Shown: in pieces, positions 15,859-24,210 of the stretch | Position numbering within the stretch: the first letter of the stretch is position 1 | Layout: each line of letters starts with the position of its first letter | DNA from: an uncultured Christensenella sp. | Lineage (GTDB): Bacteria > Bacillota > Clostridia > Christensenellales > Borkfalkiaceae | NCBI GenBank assembly: GCA_949878495.1 | Contig: CATLAR010000001.1 | Span: 778-64,777, forward strand | Length of the DNA: 64,000 nucleotides | Reading direction: 5' to 3' | Notes under the pieces: generated by a model | What the model was told of the DNA's origin: nothing | Database searches by the model: none | What the model saw: only the letters and a program-made list of their open reading frames with translations | Made by a program: the position numbers and the translations under genes

Positions 15859-16056
15859 TTATTTACAGCCCCCGCAGGTCTTGCAGTTGCCGCTGCATTT
15901 TTTCGCGGGTTTGCCCGTTGCCGAGTAAACGCAACCCGAATAATCGCGTTCGCATACTTCGCCGCAGTCGGGGCACGATACTTCGTCGTCGTATTTTTTG
16001 ACGAGCTCTTCGAATTTTTTACCGCATTTTTTACAGCGGTACTGCATTAAAGGCAT
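15859..16056 (-). CDS. FmdB-family zinc-ribbon protein
   Basis: YRCKKCGKKFE ... CPDCG, plus a Cys-rich tail CSGNCKTCGGCK. Abuts the corA stop. Confidence 0.7.
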   Translation of the reverse strand: MPLMQYRCKKCGKKFEELVKKYDDEVSCPDCGEVCERDYSGCVYSATGKPAKKCSGNCKTCGGCK

Positions 16057-17067
16057 TTATTTTGAGTCCTTTCTGTCTTTTTTGTCCTTTTTGTGCCGTT
16101 TTTTCAGCCTTTGCAGCTTTCCGAACGGGTTGCCCTTTACGATAATAATGGCAATGGCGGCGGTTAAAACGGCGGTTGCCAGAATTACCAGCCAAAACAC
16201 GGCGGTCTGCGCGAAAGTAACGCCGTTTTCGCCGGGCACGGGCATATTCATTCCCCAGAAACCCGCAATCATAGTCGGCACGGCAAGCAAAATAGTGATA
16301 ATTGTCAGTTTGCGCATCGAGTCGTTCGAGTTGTTGGAAATGACCGAACCGTATGCGTCCATAGTAACGCTGAGAATATTTTTGTAGATATTACACGTTT
16401 CGATAGCCTGCTTGTTTTCAATGCTCAGATCGTCGTACAAGTCGGTGTAGTCCTCGTGCGATTTAACGGCTTCGACCTTTGAAAGTTTTTCGTGCACGCG
16501 CTCATTCGCGTTGAGCGAGGTCGAAAAATATACGAGCGAATTCTGCAAATCGAGAAGCTGGATAATCTCCGTGTTCTTCATCGTCCTGCCTACTTCGTTC
16601 TGAATGCGGTGGTTTTTACGGTCGATTTGTTTAAGACAGTACAAAAACCGTTTTGCGTTGTCAAGCATAAACGTCAGCGCAAAATGCACGGGTTTGTGAC
16701 TGTATACCCGCTCGCGCCCGGTGATAAAGTCCTTTAAAACAGTGTTGCCTTTCAGACATACGGTTATCACGCAACGCTTATTATATATGATGGAAAGGGG
16801 CAGGGTAGTGTAACTGTCGCCGTTCACGCCCTCTTCGAGCACGGGACAGTCAACTACGAACATACTGCAACCCTCGTCGAATTCCGAACGCGCGCGTTCC
16901 TCTTCGTCGAGCGCGGCTTTTATCATATCTTCGGGCACGCCCGTGAACGCCGCTACGTCCTCGCATTCGTCGTCGGTGGGGTTGACCATATCCACCCAGC
17001 ATAAATCTTTGAATTTTTCTGTTTTTTCGAGTTTTCCGTCCGCGGCGGAAAAAAAGTATTTTACCAT
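16057..17067 (-). CDS. corA: CorA-family Mg2+/Co2+ transporter
   Basis: GFWGMNMPVPG (GMN motif) and two C-terminal TM helices, followed by a Lys-rich tail. Confidence 0.9.
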   Translation of the reverse strand: MVKYFFSAADGKLEKTEKFKDLCWVDMVNPTDDECEDVAAFTGVPEDMIKAALDEEERARSEFDEGCSMFVVDCPVLEEGVNGDSYTTLPLSIIYNKRCVITVCLKGNTVLKDFITGRERVYSHKPVHFALTFMLDNAKRFLYCLKQIDRKNHRIQNEVGRTMKNTEIIQLLDLQNSLVYFSTSLNANERVHEKLSKVEAVKSHEDYTDLYDDLSIENKQAIETCNIYKNILSVTMDAYGSVISNNSNDSMRKLTIITILLAVPTMIAGFWGMNMPVPGENGVTFAQTAVFWLVILATAVLTAAIAIIIVKGNPFGKLQRLKKRHKKDKKDRKDSK

Positions 17068-17080
17068 AAGCTACCTCAAT

Positions 17081-17136
17081 AAAAAAGTGCACGGAATAAT
17101 TCCGTGCACCGCGGGGTTCGCTTCAGTACGGAATTA
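17081..17136 (-). promoter_or_regulatory. Leader terminator with a competing antiterminator segment in the corA 5' UTR
   Basis: On the minus strand: GTGCACGGAA-tta-TTCCGTGCAC then UUUUUU, ending 13 nt before the RBS. The upstream segment AATTCCGTAC (17127-17136) can pair with the 5' arm. Confidence 0.55.
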
Positions 17137-17395
17137 ATCTTTTTTTAAGTTAAAGTTTTGACAACTGTCGGGTACGTCCATCACGCGCTCCTATGGTTGA
17201 TAATAAAACAATTATATATTATTATATTTGAAATTGCAAGTCAAACGTTCTAAAAAAATTTCAAATTCCCGCTTACGTGCCCAAAGCGTGGCGTTAAGCG
17301 CTTTTTCGTCAAAAATTTTAAAAATACCCCTTGAAATCGCGCGCGATTGGTTGTAAAATAGCTATACTGAAACCAGAGTAATACGGGGTGAGAAA

Positions 17396-18148
17396 ATGAT
17401 ACTCGATAAATTCGGCTTAAACGGCAAAGTGGCGATAGTCACGGGCAGCAACACGGGTCTGGGGCAGGGGATCTGCCGCGCGTTCGTTGAGGCGGGTGCG
17501 AAAGTCGTAGGCGTGTCCCGCAGACCCAGCACGGAAACGGCGGAAATGCTGGGCGACGGTTTTTATAACGTAATCGCGGACCTCGGTTCTTGCGAAGTTA
17601 TTCCGCGCGTGGTCGGAGAAACGCTTTCAAAGTTCGGGCGGGTGGATATACTCGTCAACAACGCGGGCGTTATCAAGCGCAGGGATTCGATTGAATTCAC
17701 CGAAGAGGATTGGGACGGTGTTATGGACGTAAACCTGAAAACCGTGTTTTTCCTCACGCAGGCGGTGGCTAAGGAGTTCATAAAACAAGGCGGCGGCGGA
17801 AAAATAATCAATATCGCTTCTATGCTTTCCTATCAGGGCGGCATACGCGTTCCGTCGTACACCGCGTCTAAGTCGGCGATAAGGGGCGTGACTATGACCC
17901 TTGCCAACGAATGGGCGAAGTACGGTATTAACGTAAACGCAATCGCCCCCGGATATATGGCTACCAACAACACCGAACAGCTCCGCAGCGACGGCGAGCG
18001 CAGCGCGGACATTCTTTCGCGAATTCCCGCGGGAAGATGGGGCACGCCCGAAGATCTGGAAGGCGCGGCGGTGTTCCTTGCTTCGTCGGCTTCCGACTAC
18101 GTAAACGGTTTTACGCTGGCGGTAGACGGCGGTTGGCTCGGTCGGTAA
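17396..18148 (+). CDS. kduD: 2-dehydro-3-deoxy-D-gluconate 5-dehydrogenase (SDR)
   Basis: Colinear with KduD as I recall it (GKIINIASMLSYQGGIRVPSYTASK, NVNAIAPGYMATNNT, DYVNGFTLAVDGGWL). Confidence 0.9.
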   Translation: MILDKFGLNGKVAIVTGSNTGLGQGICRAFVEAGAKVVGVSRRPSTETAEMLGDGFYNVIADLGSCEVIPRVVGETLSKFGRVDILVNNAGVIKRRDSIEFTEEDWDGVMDVNLKTVFFLTQAVAKEFIKQGGGGKIINIASMLSYQGGIRVPSYTASKSAIRGVTMTLANEWAKYGINVNAIAPGYMATNNTEQLRSDGERSADILSRIPAGRWGTPEDLEGAAVFLASSASDYVNGFTLAVDGGWLGR

Positions 18149-18156
18149 AGGATTTA

Positions 18157-18195
18157 CTCTTGCTCGCTCCTTGAGGGGAGGGGCAGGGGCGAGGT
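18157..18195 (+). repeat. Copy A of the structured intergenic repeat family (3' module)
   Basis: CTCTTGCTCGCTCCTTGAGGGGAGGGGCAGGGGCGAGGT, closely similar to 43142-43180. Confidence 0.6.
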
Positions 18196-18203
18196 AAAAA
18201 ACG

Positions 18204-18233
18204 ACGCCCGTCGTAAAAGCGGGCGTATTTTTT
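18204..18233 (+). terminator. Intrinsic terminator after kduD
   Basis: ACGCCCG-loop-CGGGCGT followed by ATTTTTT. Confidence 0.75.
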
Positions 18234-18382
18234 GTCGAAAGTATATCCGAAAAATATATAAATAAGTCCGTTTTATGTATGGAATTGACCGCTTTCATTA
18301 TTATAATAATAATTGACCGACTACGGCGCGGACAAGGCTGCGCGCGGTCGACGCAAAGAAAAATTTCAGCGAGGAAAATTAA

Positions 18383-19414
18383 ATGAAAAAAATCGTAACT
18401 ATGGGCGAAATAATGCTTCGCCTTTCCACCCCCAACAACGAAAAGTTTATACAGGCCGACGAGTTCGATATCAACTACGGCGGCGGCGAAGCAAACGTTG
18501 CGGTGTCCTGCGCGAATTACGGACATAGCGCCGAGTTTGTTACCGCCGTTCCCGACAACGAGCTGGGCGAATGCGCGATTGCCGCGCTCCGCAAATACGG
18601 CGTGGAAACCTGCCATATCGCAAAATGCGGTGAGAGATTGGGCATTTATTTCCTTGAAACGGGCGCTTCGATGCGTCCTTCCAAAGTAGTTTACGACAGG
18701 GCGCATTCGTCGATAACTACGGCGACGGCGAAAGACTTCGATTTCGACGCTGTTTTCAAGGGTGCGGACTGGTTCCATTTCACGGGAATTACCCCCGCCG
18801 TTTCCGACAGCGCGGCGGCGCTCACCGAAGAGGCGCTTAAAGCCGCAAAAAAACACGGCGTAACCGTTTCCTGCGACCTCAATTTCCGCAAAAAACTGTG
18901 GTCGAGCGAGAAGGCGCAAAAGGTAATGACGGGGCTTATGAAGTACGTTGACGTCTGCATAGGCAACGAAGAGGACGCGGAGCTCGTGCTCGGTTTCAAG
19001 CCCGGCAATACCGACGTTACGAGCGGCGAACTCGAGCTTGCGGGATACAAGTCGATTTTCGAGCAGATGGTCAAAAAGTTCGGCTTTAAGTATGCGGTGT
19101 CGTCCTTGCGCGTGAGCCACTCGGCTTCGGACAACGGCTGGTCGGCGTGCATTTACAACGGCGAAACCAAGGAGTTTTACCATTCGAAAGAATACAGAAT
19201 TTCGCCCATAGTGGACCGCGTAGGCGGCGGCGACAGCTTTGCGGGCGGCGTTATAACGGGCTTTTTGGACGGCAAGGATTTCAAAGCCGCGCTGGAATTC
19301 GGCGTTGCGGCTTCCGCGCTTAAACACACTATCCCCGGCGATTTCAACCTCGTTTCCCGCAAGGAAGTAGAGGCGCTTGCGGGCGGCGACGGCTCGGGCA
19401 GAGTACAGAGATAA
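18383..19414 (+). CDS. kdgK: 2-dehydro-3-deoxygluconokinase (PfkB family)
   Basis: PfkB motifs (GGGEANVA, DRVGGGDSFAGG). Lies between kduD and kduI. Confidence 0.85.
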   Translation: MKKIVTMGEIMLRLSTPNNEKFIQADEFDINYGGGEANVAVSCANYGHSAEFVTAVPDNELGECAIAALRKYGVETCHIAKCGERLGIYFLETGASMRPSKVVYDRAHSSITTATAKDFDFDAVFKGADWFHFTGITPAVSDSAAALTEEALKAAKKHGVTVSCDLNFRKKLWSSEKAQKVMTGLMKYVDVCIGNEEDAELVLGFKPGNTDVTSGELELAGYKSIFEQMVKKFGFKYAVSSLRVSHSASDNGWSACIYNGETKEFYHSKEYRISPIVDRVGGGDSFAGGVITGFLDGKDFKAALEFGVAASALKHTIPGDFNLVSRKEVEALAGGDGSGRVQR

Positions 19415-19436
19415 GTTCACGAAAATTGGCGTAAGT

Positions 19437-19474
19437 CTGGTGCGCTAAGCAAAAAGTGTGATTTTTGCTTGCGC
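19437..19474 (+). repeat. Left arm of a perfect 38-bp inverted repeat
   Basis: CTGGTGCGCTAAGCAAAAAGTGTGATTTTTGCTTGCGC is the exact reverse complement of 20347-20384. The arm itself folds as a hairpin. Confidence 0.95.
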
Positions 19475-19496
19475 AGTAAGTCATAAGAAGGGATTT

Positions 19497-20336
19497 ATGA
19501 AGATAGCTTTCAGAACGCACGATCTCGGCGTAAAGGGACTTGAAAACGCCGTTGAAAAAGCGCAAAACTGCGGCATATCCGCCGTCCAATTAGTCGCTTA
19601 CAAGTTTATGGACGAAATAAAGTACGCGCCCGACGCGCTCAACGCCGAAACCGCTCGTTTTATAGGCGAAACTTTGCGAAACTCGGGCATATCCGTGGGT
19701 CTGATAGGCGCGTACTTCAATCCCGTGCATTCGGACGCGGCGAAAGTCGAAAATGGTAAAGCCGTTTTTAAGGACTATTTAAAGTATTCCCGCGAGCTCG
19801 GCTGTCCCGTCGTCGGTTCGGAAACGGGCAGTTACAACGACGACAAGTGGACGTACAATCCGCTCAACCGCACCGAAGAGGCGCTCGCCCGCGTGGTTGC
19901 GACTTTCAAGGAACTTTGCGATTATGCGAAGTCCGTGAACGCGTTCGTCGGTATGGAGGGCGCCGCGGGGCACGTCTGTTACGACGTTAAAACCTTAAAG
20001 CGCGCGATAGACCTTATCGGCGCGGACAATATCAAGGTTATATTCGATTTGTATAACTATCTCGACGCGTCCAATTATTCTCAATACCTTGAAATATTGC
20101 GCGAGGGTCTGGAAACTTTCGCGGGAAAAATTCTTGTTTTCCATATCAAGGATTTCACGTTTGAGGACGGCAAAGTCAGGCAGGTTCCGCTCGGCAAAGG
20201 CGAGTTCGATTTTTATAAAATTTTAGGCGCGATAAAGGCTTACGACCAAAACGCGATACTCGTTTTGGAGGGCACTACGGGCGACGATATAGTCCCCTGC
20301 ATTCGGTTCGTGAGTGAAGTTTGGGATAGAGTATAA
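19497..20336 (+). CDS. Sugar phosphate isomerase/epimerase (xylose isomerase-like TIM barrel)
   Basis: 279 aa with a TIM-barrel AP-endonuclease-2/xylose-isomerase-like pattern (VGSETGS, MEGAAGH, FHIKD, LEG). ATG 19497. Confidence 0.65.
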   Translation: MKIAFRTHDLGVKGLENAVEKAQNCGISAVQLVAYKFMDEIKYAPDALNAETARFIGETLRNSGISVGLIGAYFNPVHSDAAKVENGKAVFKDYLKYSRELGCPVVGSETGSYNDDKWTYNPLNRTEEALARVVATFKELCDYAKSVNAFVGMEGAAGHVCYDVKTLKRAIDLIGADNIKVIFDLYNYLDASNYSQYLEILREGLETFAGKILVFHIKDFTFEDGKVRQVPLGKGEFDFYKILGAIKAYDQNAILVLEGTTGDDIVPCIRFVSEVWDRV

Positions 20337-20346
20337 TTAATCAACG

Positions 20347-20384
20347 GCGCAAGCAAAAATCACACTTTTTGCTTAGCGCACCAG
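20347..20384 (-). repeat. Right arm of the perfect 38-bp inverted repeat
   Basis: GCGCAAGCAAAAATCACACTTTTTGCTTAGCGCACCAG, 38/38 reverse complement of 19437-19474. The outer flanks match at a further 6 of 9 positions. Confidence 0.95.
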
Positions 20385-20403
20385 ATTTGCGCATACTTGC
20401 GCC

Positions 20404-20446
20404 TTTGCACATTATTATTTGAAATTTTTACAATAAAGTGTGCAAA
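20404..20446 (+). promoter_or_regulatory. Candidate promoter for the kduI leader, bracketed by an 8-bp inverted repeat
   Basis: TTGCAC (20405-20410), 18-nt spacer, TACAAT (20429-20434). TTTGCACA (20404-20411) pairs with TGTGCAAA (20439-20446). Confidence 0.45.
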
Positions 20447-20515
20447 CCGTCGGGCTTTGCCCTCGGGCACCGAGGTGAATGCCCGCGATTATGTGCGTGT
20501 ATTCTTTTCGCAGGG

Positions 20516-20542
20516 TTCCCGCAAAGTACCACTTTGCGGGAA
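20516..20542 (+). other. Perfect 12-bp stem hairpin inside the kduI leader
   Basis: TTCCCGCAAAGT-acc-ACTTTGCGGGAA. Confidence 0.7.
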
Positions 20543-20638
20543 TAGGAGCGGCAACGGGGCAAGATTAGGCTTTGAGCGGGTTCAAAGCGTACTAAGCGCA
20601 GTTTGCCGCGACGAGGGAGAGAAGCCCTCAAAATCACG

Positions 20639-20678
20639 GAAAATTGTTTTCGCGGAATAGAAAGCAATTTTCGTGAAA
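20639..20678 (+). promoter_or_regulatory. Tandem palindromic sites immediately upstream of kduI
   Basis: GAAAATTGTTTTC (20639-20651) and GAAAGCAATTTTC (20660-20672), 21 bp apart. The 11-mer TTTTCGTGAAA (20668-20678) recurs at 28273-28283. Confidence 0.45.
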
Positions 20679-20698
20679 TTAATATTAAGGAGTTTATT

Positions 20699-21568
20699 AT
20701 GAAATTCGACGTACGGTACGCAAACCACCCCGACGATTCCAAAAAGTACGACACTAAGGAGCTTCGGGAAAAATATTTAATAGAAAAGCTGTTCGAAGCG
20801 GACGAGATTTTACTCACCTATTCGCATCAGGACAGAATAATCGCGGGCGGCGCAATGCCCGTCAAAAAGCCGCTGTCGCTGGGCACGTTCAAAGAACTTG
20901 CAACGGCATACTTCCTTGAAAGGCGTGAACTCGGCGTAATCAATATCGGCGGCGCGGGTGTTATAAAGCTCGACGGCAAGAAATACGAAATAGGTCATAA
21001 AGAAGGCGTTTACGTGGGAATGGGTACGAAAGAAGTGGAGTTTTCTTCCGTCGACGCGAACAACCCCGCTAAGTTCTATATCAATTCCAGCCCCGCGCAC
21101 AAGACCTACCCCACGGTCAAAATAACCAAGCCAGTTAATGGCAAACCCGCGCCCGAGGGCGTGCGTTACTGCGTGCAGAGGCACCTCGGCACTCTCGAGG
21201 GAATTAACAAGCGTACCATCAACCAATTCATTATCGGCGACGTTTGCGAAAGCTGCCAGCTTGCGATGGGTATGACGGAGCTTGCCGAGGGCAGCGCGTG
21301 GAATACATTGCCCAGCCACACGCACGAGCGCAGAATGGAAGTTTATATGTATTTCGAACTGCCCGAAGATCAGGCGGTCATCCATATGATGGGTCAGCCT
21401 CGGGAAACGCGGCATATCGTAATGCACAACGAACAGGCGGTAATATCGCCCAGCTGGTCCATTCACAGCGGCGTGGGCACGCACAACTATACCTTTATAT
21501 GGGGTATGTGCGGCGAGAACCAGACCTACGACGATATGGACAATATCAGAACGGAAGATTTGAGATAA
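20699..21568 (+). CDS. kduI: 5-dehydro-4-deoxy-D-glucuronate isomerase
   Basis: Strongly KduI-like ([56 protein letters not shown]). AAGGAG RBS before ATG 20699. Confidence 0.9.
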   Translation: MKFDVRYANHPDDSKKYDTKELREKYLIEKLFEADEILLTYSHQDRIIAGGAMPVKKPLSLGTFKELATAYFLERRELGVINIGGAGVIKLDGKKYEIGHKEGVYVGMGTKEVEFSSVDANNPAKFYINSSPAHKTYPTVKITKPVNGKPAPEGVRYCVQRHLGTLEGINKRTINQFIIGDVCESCQLAMGMTELAEGSAWNTLPSHTHERRMEVYMYFELPEDQAVIHMMGQPRETRHIVMHNEQAVISPSWSIHSGVGTHNYTFIWGMCGENQTYDDMDNIRTEDLR

Positions 21569-21605
21569 CAATTTAACCGGTAAATTCAAAAAGGGGAAAA
21601 ATAAT

Positions 21606-22709
21606 ATGGCGCATCTTATATTCAAAGACGTAAACAAAGTATATCCCAACGGCTATCACGCCGTTCACGACTTCAATATGGAGATAAACGACGGCGAGTT
21701 TATCTGCCTCGTCGGCGACTCGGGTTGCGGTAAATCGACTACTCTGCGTATGATTGCGGGGCTTGAAGATATAACCTCGGGCGAGTTTTATATCGACGGC
21801 GTGCTCGCTAACCAGACGTCCTCGCGCGACAGAGGTATCGCTATGGTGTTCCAGTCGTACGCGCTCTATCCGCACCTCACGGTGTACGAAAATCTCGGCT
21901 TCGGGCTTACGCTCGAGGGGGTCGACGCGGACTTAATCGACGAAAAAGTAAGGCAGACGGCTAAAATACTCGGGCTTACGGAATACCTTGAAAGGTTTCC
22001 CAGAAATCTCTCGGGCGGTCAATGCCAGCGTGTAGCCGTCGGACGCGCGCTCATAAGAAAGGTAAATATTTTCCTTATGGACGAGCCGCTGTCCAACCTC
22101 GACGCGAAACAGCGCGTTACGATGCGTTCGGAAATCAAACAGATACACCGTTCGATAGGCGCGACGACTATCTACGTCACCCACGACCAGACGGAAGCTA
22201 TGACGATGTCGGACAGAATAGTCGTTATGAAATCGGGCGGATACGTTCAGCAGATAGGCACGCCTTACGAGCTGTATTTCCACCCGTGCAACCTCTTCGT
22301 AGCGGGCTTTATCGGCGAGCCGCCTATGAACTTTATCAAAGGCAAAGTCGAAAACGCGTCCGTTAAAGTCGGAGACAAGTCCGTCGACCTCACGCCCGTC
22401 GTTGACGACGTAAAGGCAATCGAGGGCAGGGAAGTCGTGTTCGCGTTCAGACCCGAGGCTGTTAAACTGCCTTCCGAAGTCGCGGGCGACCACTACGTTA
22501 TCGAGTCGACGGTAGATCTTACCGAGCTTCTCGGCGACACGACCAACGTTTACGCCAACGTGGACGGCGCAAACGTCATTCTGAAAGTCAATCCCCACCA
22601 CACCCCCGAAATAGGCGGAAAGTTTGCTTTCTGCGTGCCCTATTCGGCGGCGTACGTGTACGATTGCGAGACCGAACTCGCCGTAAAGAGCAGCGTAAAA
22701 AGGCATTGA
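21606..22709 (+). CDS. Sugar ABC transporter ATP-binding protein (MsmK/MalK/UgpC type)
   Basis: Walker A GDSGCGKST, signature LSGGQCQR, Walker B IFLMDEPLSNLD, and a C-terminal regulatory domain. Confidence 0.85.
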   Translation: MAHLIFKDVNKVYPNGYHAVHDFNMEINDGEFICLVGDSGCGKSTTLRMIAGLEDITSGEFYIDGVLANQTSSRDRGIAMVFQSYALYPHLTVYENLGFGLTLEGVDADLIDEKVRQTAKILGLTEYLERFPRNLSGGQCQRVAVGRALIRKVNIFLMDEPLSNLDAKQRVTMRSEIKQIHRSIGATTIYVTHDQTEAMTMSDRIVVMKSGGYVQQIGTPYELYFHPCNLFVAGFIGEPPMNFIKGKVENASVKVGDKSVDLTPVVDDVKAIEGREVVFAFRPEAVKLPSEVAGDHYVIESTVDLTELLGDTTNVYANVDGANVILKVNPHHTPEIGGKFAFCVPYSAAYVYDCETELAVKSSVKRH

Positions 22710-22733
22710 TACAGGCAGATAAGGAGTGGAAAA

Positions 22734-24206
22734 ATGCAACAGTTAAGCAGTAAACTTTTCAATAAACCCAAAAGAAAAATCAAGATAATGCAGTTCGGCG
22801 AGGGCAACTTTCTGCGCGCGTTCGTTGAATGGATAATTCAGGACCTCAACGACAAGGGCGCGATTTGTTCGGACGTCGTTCTCGTTCAGCCTATGCCCTT
22901 CGGCAGGGTCAACGAAATTGCCGCGCAGGACGGACTTTACACGCTCCGCCTCGAGGGTATCGACGGCGGCAGGAACGTTAAAAGCAGTCAGGTAATAAAC
23001 GTCGTCGGCGACTGCGTGAACCCTTTCGCCGATTACGAAAAATTCCTTAAATACGGCGAAAGCGAGGATCTTGAAGTAATAATTTCCAACACCACGGAGG
23101 CGGGCATAGCCGTCGATCCGACGGATACCGACTTTACCGCGTGTCCCAAGAGTTTCCCCGGTAAACTGCTCGCGCTTTTGAAAAGGCGTTACGACAAGTT
23201 CGGCGGTGACGAGAATAAGGGGTTGAATATTATACCCTGCGAGCTTATCGACAACAACGGCGACGAGCTTTACCGCTGTCTTATCGAGCTTGCCCAAATA
23301 AACAAAATGGACGCGGCGTTCGTCGGGTGGGTAAAATCGGCGTGTCATTTCACCTCCACTCTCGTAGACAGAATAGTCCCCGGCTATCCCAAAAACGAGA
23401 TAGAAGAAATTCGGAAAGAAACGGGATATATCGACAACAACGTAGTAAAAGGCGAGATTTTCCACCTCTGGGTTTTAAAGAAAGAACCCTCCGTACAGCA
23501 GGCGTTACCGGCGGATAGTACGGGGTTAAACGTAATTTTTGCCGACGATATCAAGCCCTATAAGCAGAGAAAAGTCAAGATTTTAAACGGCTCGCACACC
23601 GCGCTCGTGCCCGTCGCGTACCTTGCGGGAATCGACACCGTGGGCGAGGCTATGAACGATCCCGCGATAGAAAAATTCGTGCGCGACTTCGTATTCGAAG
23701 AAGTAAACCCCACTATAGATTTGCCGCAGGACCAGATGACGGCGTTTGCAAACTCGGTAATAGAAAGATACCGCAACCCGTATATTCGCCACGAGCTTAT
23801 GTCGATTGCGCTCAACTCCACGACCAAGTTCAAAACCCGCCTTTTGCCTACTTTAACCGACTACGTGCGAATCAAGGGCGAACTGCCCCAACATCTTATA
23901 TTCGCGTTTGCGGCGCTCGTGCTATTCCACAAGGGTAAGAGAGGCAACGAGGATATCAAACTCGCGGACGACCCCACGTATCTCGAAAAATGGAAAACGC
24001 TTTGGGCGGAGTTCGACGGCGACTACGAAAAGCTTGCGCGCAAAGTTCTGGGCTGGAAGGACGCGTGGGATACGGATATGAACGGCATTCACCCGCAAAT
24101 CGCGCAAACGGTCGCAAAGTATCTCAAAGCTATGAGCGAAAACGGAATGCGCGCGGCGGTGGACTGCTTCGTAGGCAACTGCGGTTGCAAGGGTAAATGC
24201 AAATAA
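22734..24206 (+). CDS. uxaB: Tagaturonate reductase (altronate oxidoreductase), mannitol dehydrogenase family
   Basis: FGEGNFLRAF N-terminus and 490-aa size. Located upstream of uxaA and uxaC. Confidence 0.8.
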   Translation: MQQLSSKLFNKPKRKIKIMQFGEGNFLRAFVEWIIQDLNDKGAICSDVVLVQPMPFGRVNEIAAQDGLYTLRLEGIDGGRNVKSSQVINVVGDCVNPFADYEKFLKYGESEDLEVIISNTTEAGIAVDPTDTDFTACPKSFPGKLLALLKRRYDKFGGDENKGLNIIPCELIDNNGDELYRCLIELAQINKMDAAFVGWVKSACHFTSTLVDRIVPGYPKNEIEEIRKETGYIDNNVVKGEIFHLWVLKKEPSVQQALPADSTGLNVIFADDIKPYKQRKVKILNGSHTALVPVAYLAGIDTVGEAMNDPAIEKFVRDFVFEEVNPTIDLPQDQMTAFANSVIERYRNPYIRHELMSIALNSTTKFKTRLLPTLTDYVRIKGELPQHLIFAFAALVLFHKGKRGNEDIKLADDPTYLEKWKTLWAEFDGDYEKLARKVLGWKDAWDTDMNGIHPQIAQTVAKYLKAMSENGMRAAVDCFVGNCGCKGKCK

Positions 24207-24210
24207 TACT

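Noticed and set aside
17068-17215. M-box (Mg2+) riboswitch in the corA leader
   Set aside because: The leader is about the right length, but I could not find the conserved M-box sequence blocks. It is reported instead as an unclassified attenuator.
17627-19420. 597-aa ORF on the minus strand spanning kduD and kdgK
   Set aside because: It lies antisense to two genes with clear family signatures. The translation is Arg/Ala/Val-rich and low in complexity, has no RBS, and is typical of GC-driven shadow ORFs.
19437-20384. Composite transposon or IS element defined by the 38-bp inverted repeats
   Set aside because: No transposase or recombinase is encoded between or near the arms, and I could not identify flanking direct target duplications. 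It is reported as an unexplained IR-flanked cassette rather than called a mobile element.
20397-20660. 87-aa plus-strand ORF and 129-aa minus-strand ORF in the kduI upstream region
   Set aside because: Neither has an RBS, the sequence is dominated by hairpins, and the translations are not protein-like. The region is treated as leader or regulatory RNA.
20603-20698. Upstream extensions of kduI (from 20603). Similar cases are GH28 (from 37748), addA (from 54417), the M23 peptidase (to 15359), the exported protein (to 15805) and the small XRE (from 11439).
   Set aside because: In each case an internal ATG with a good SD gives the family-typical N-terminus. The extension overlaps regulatory sequence or the preceding gene.
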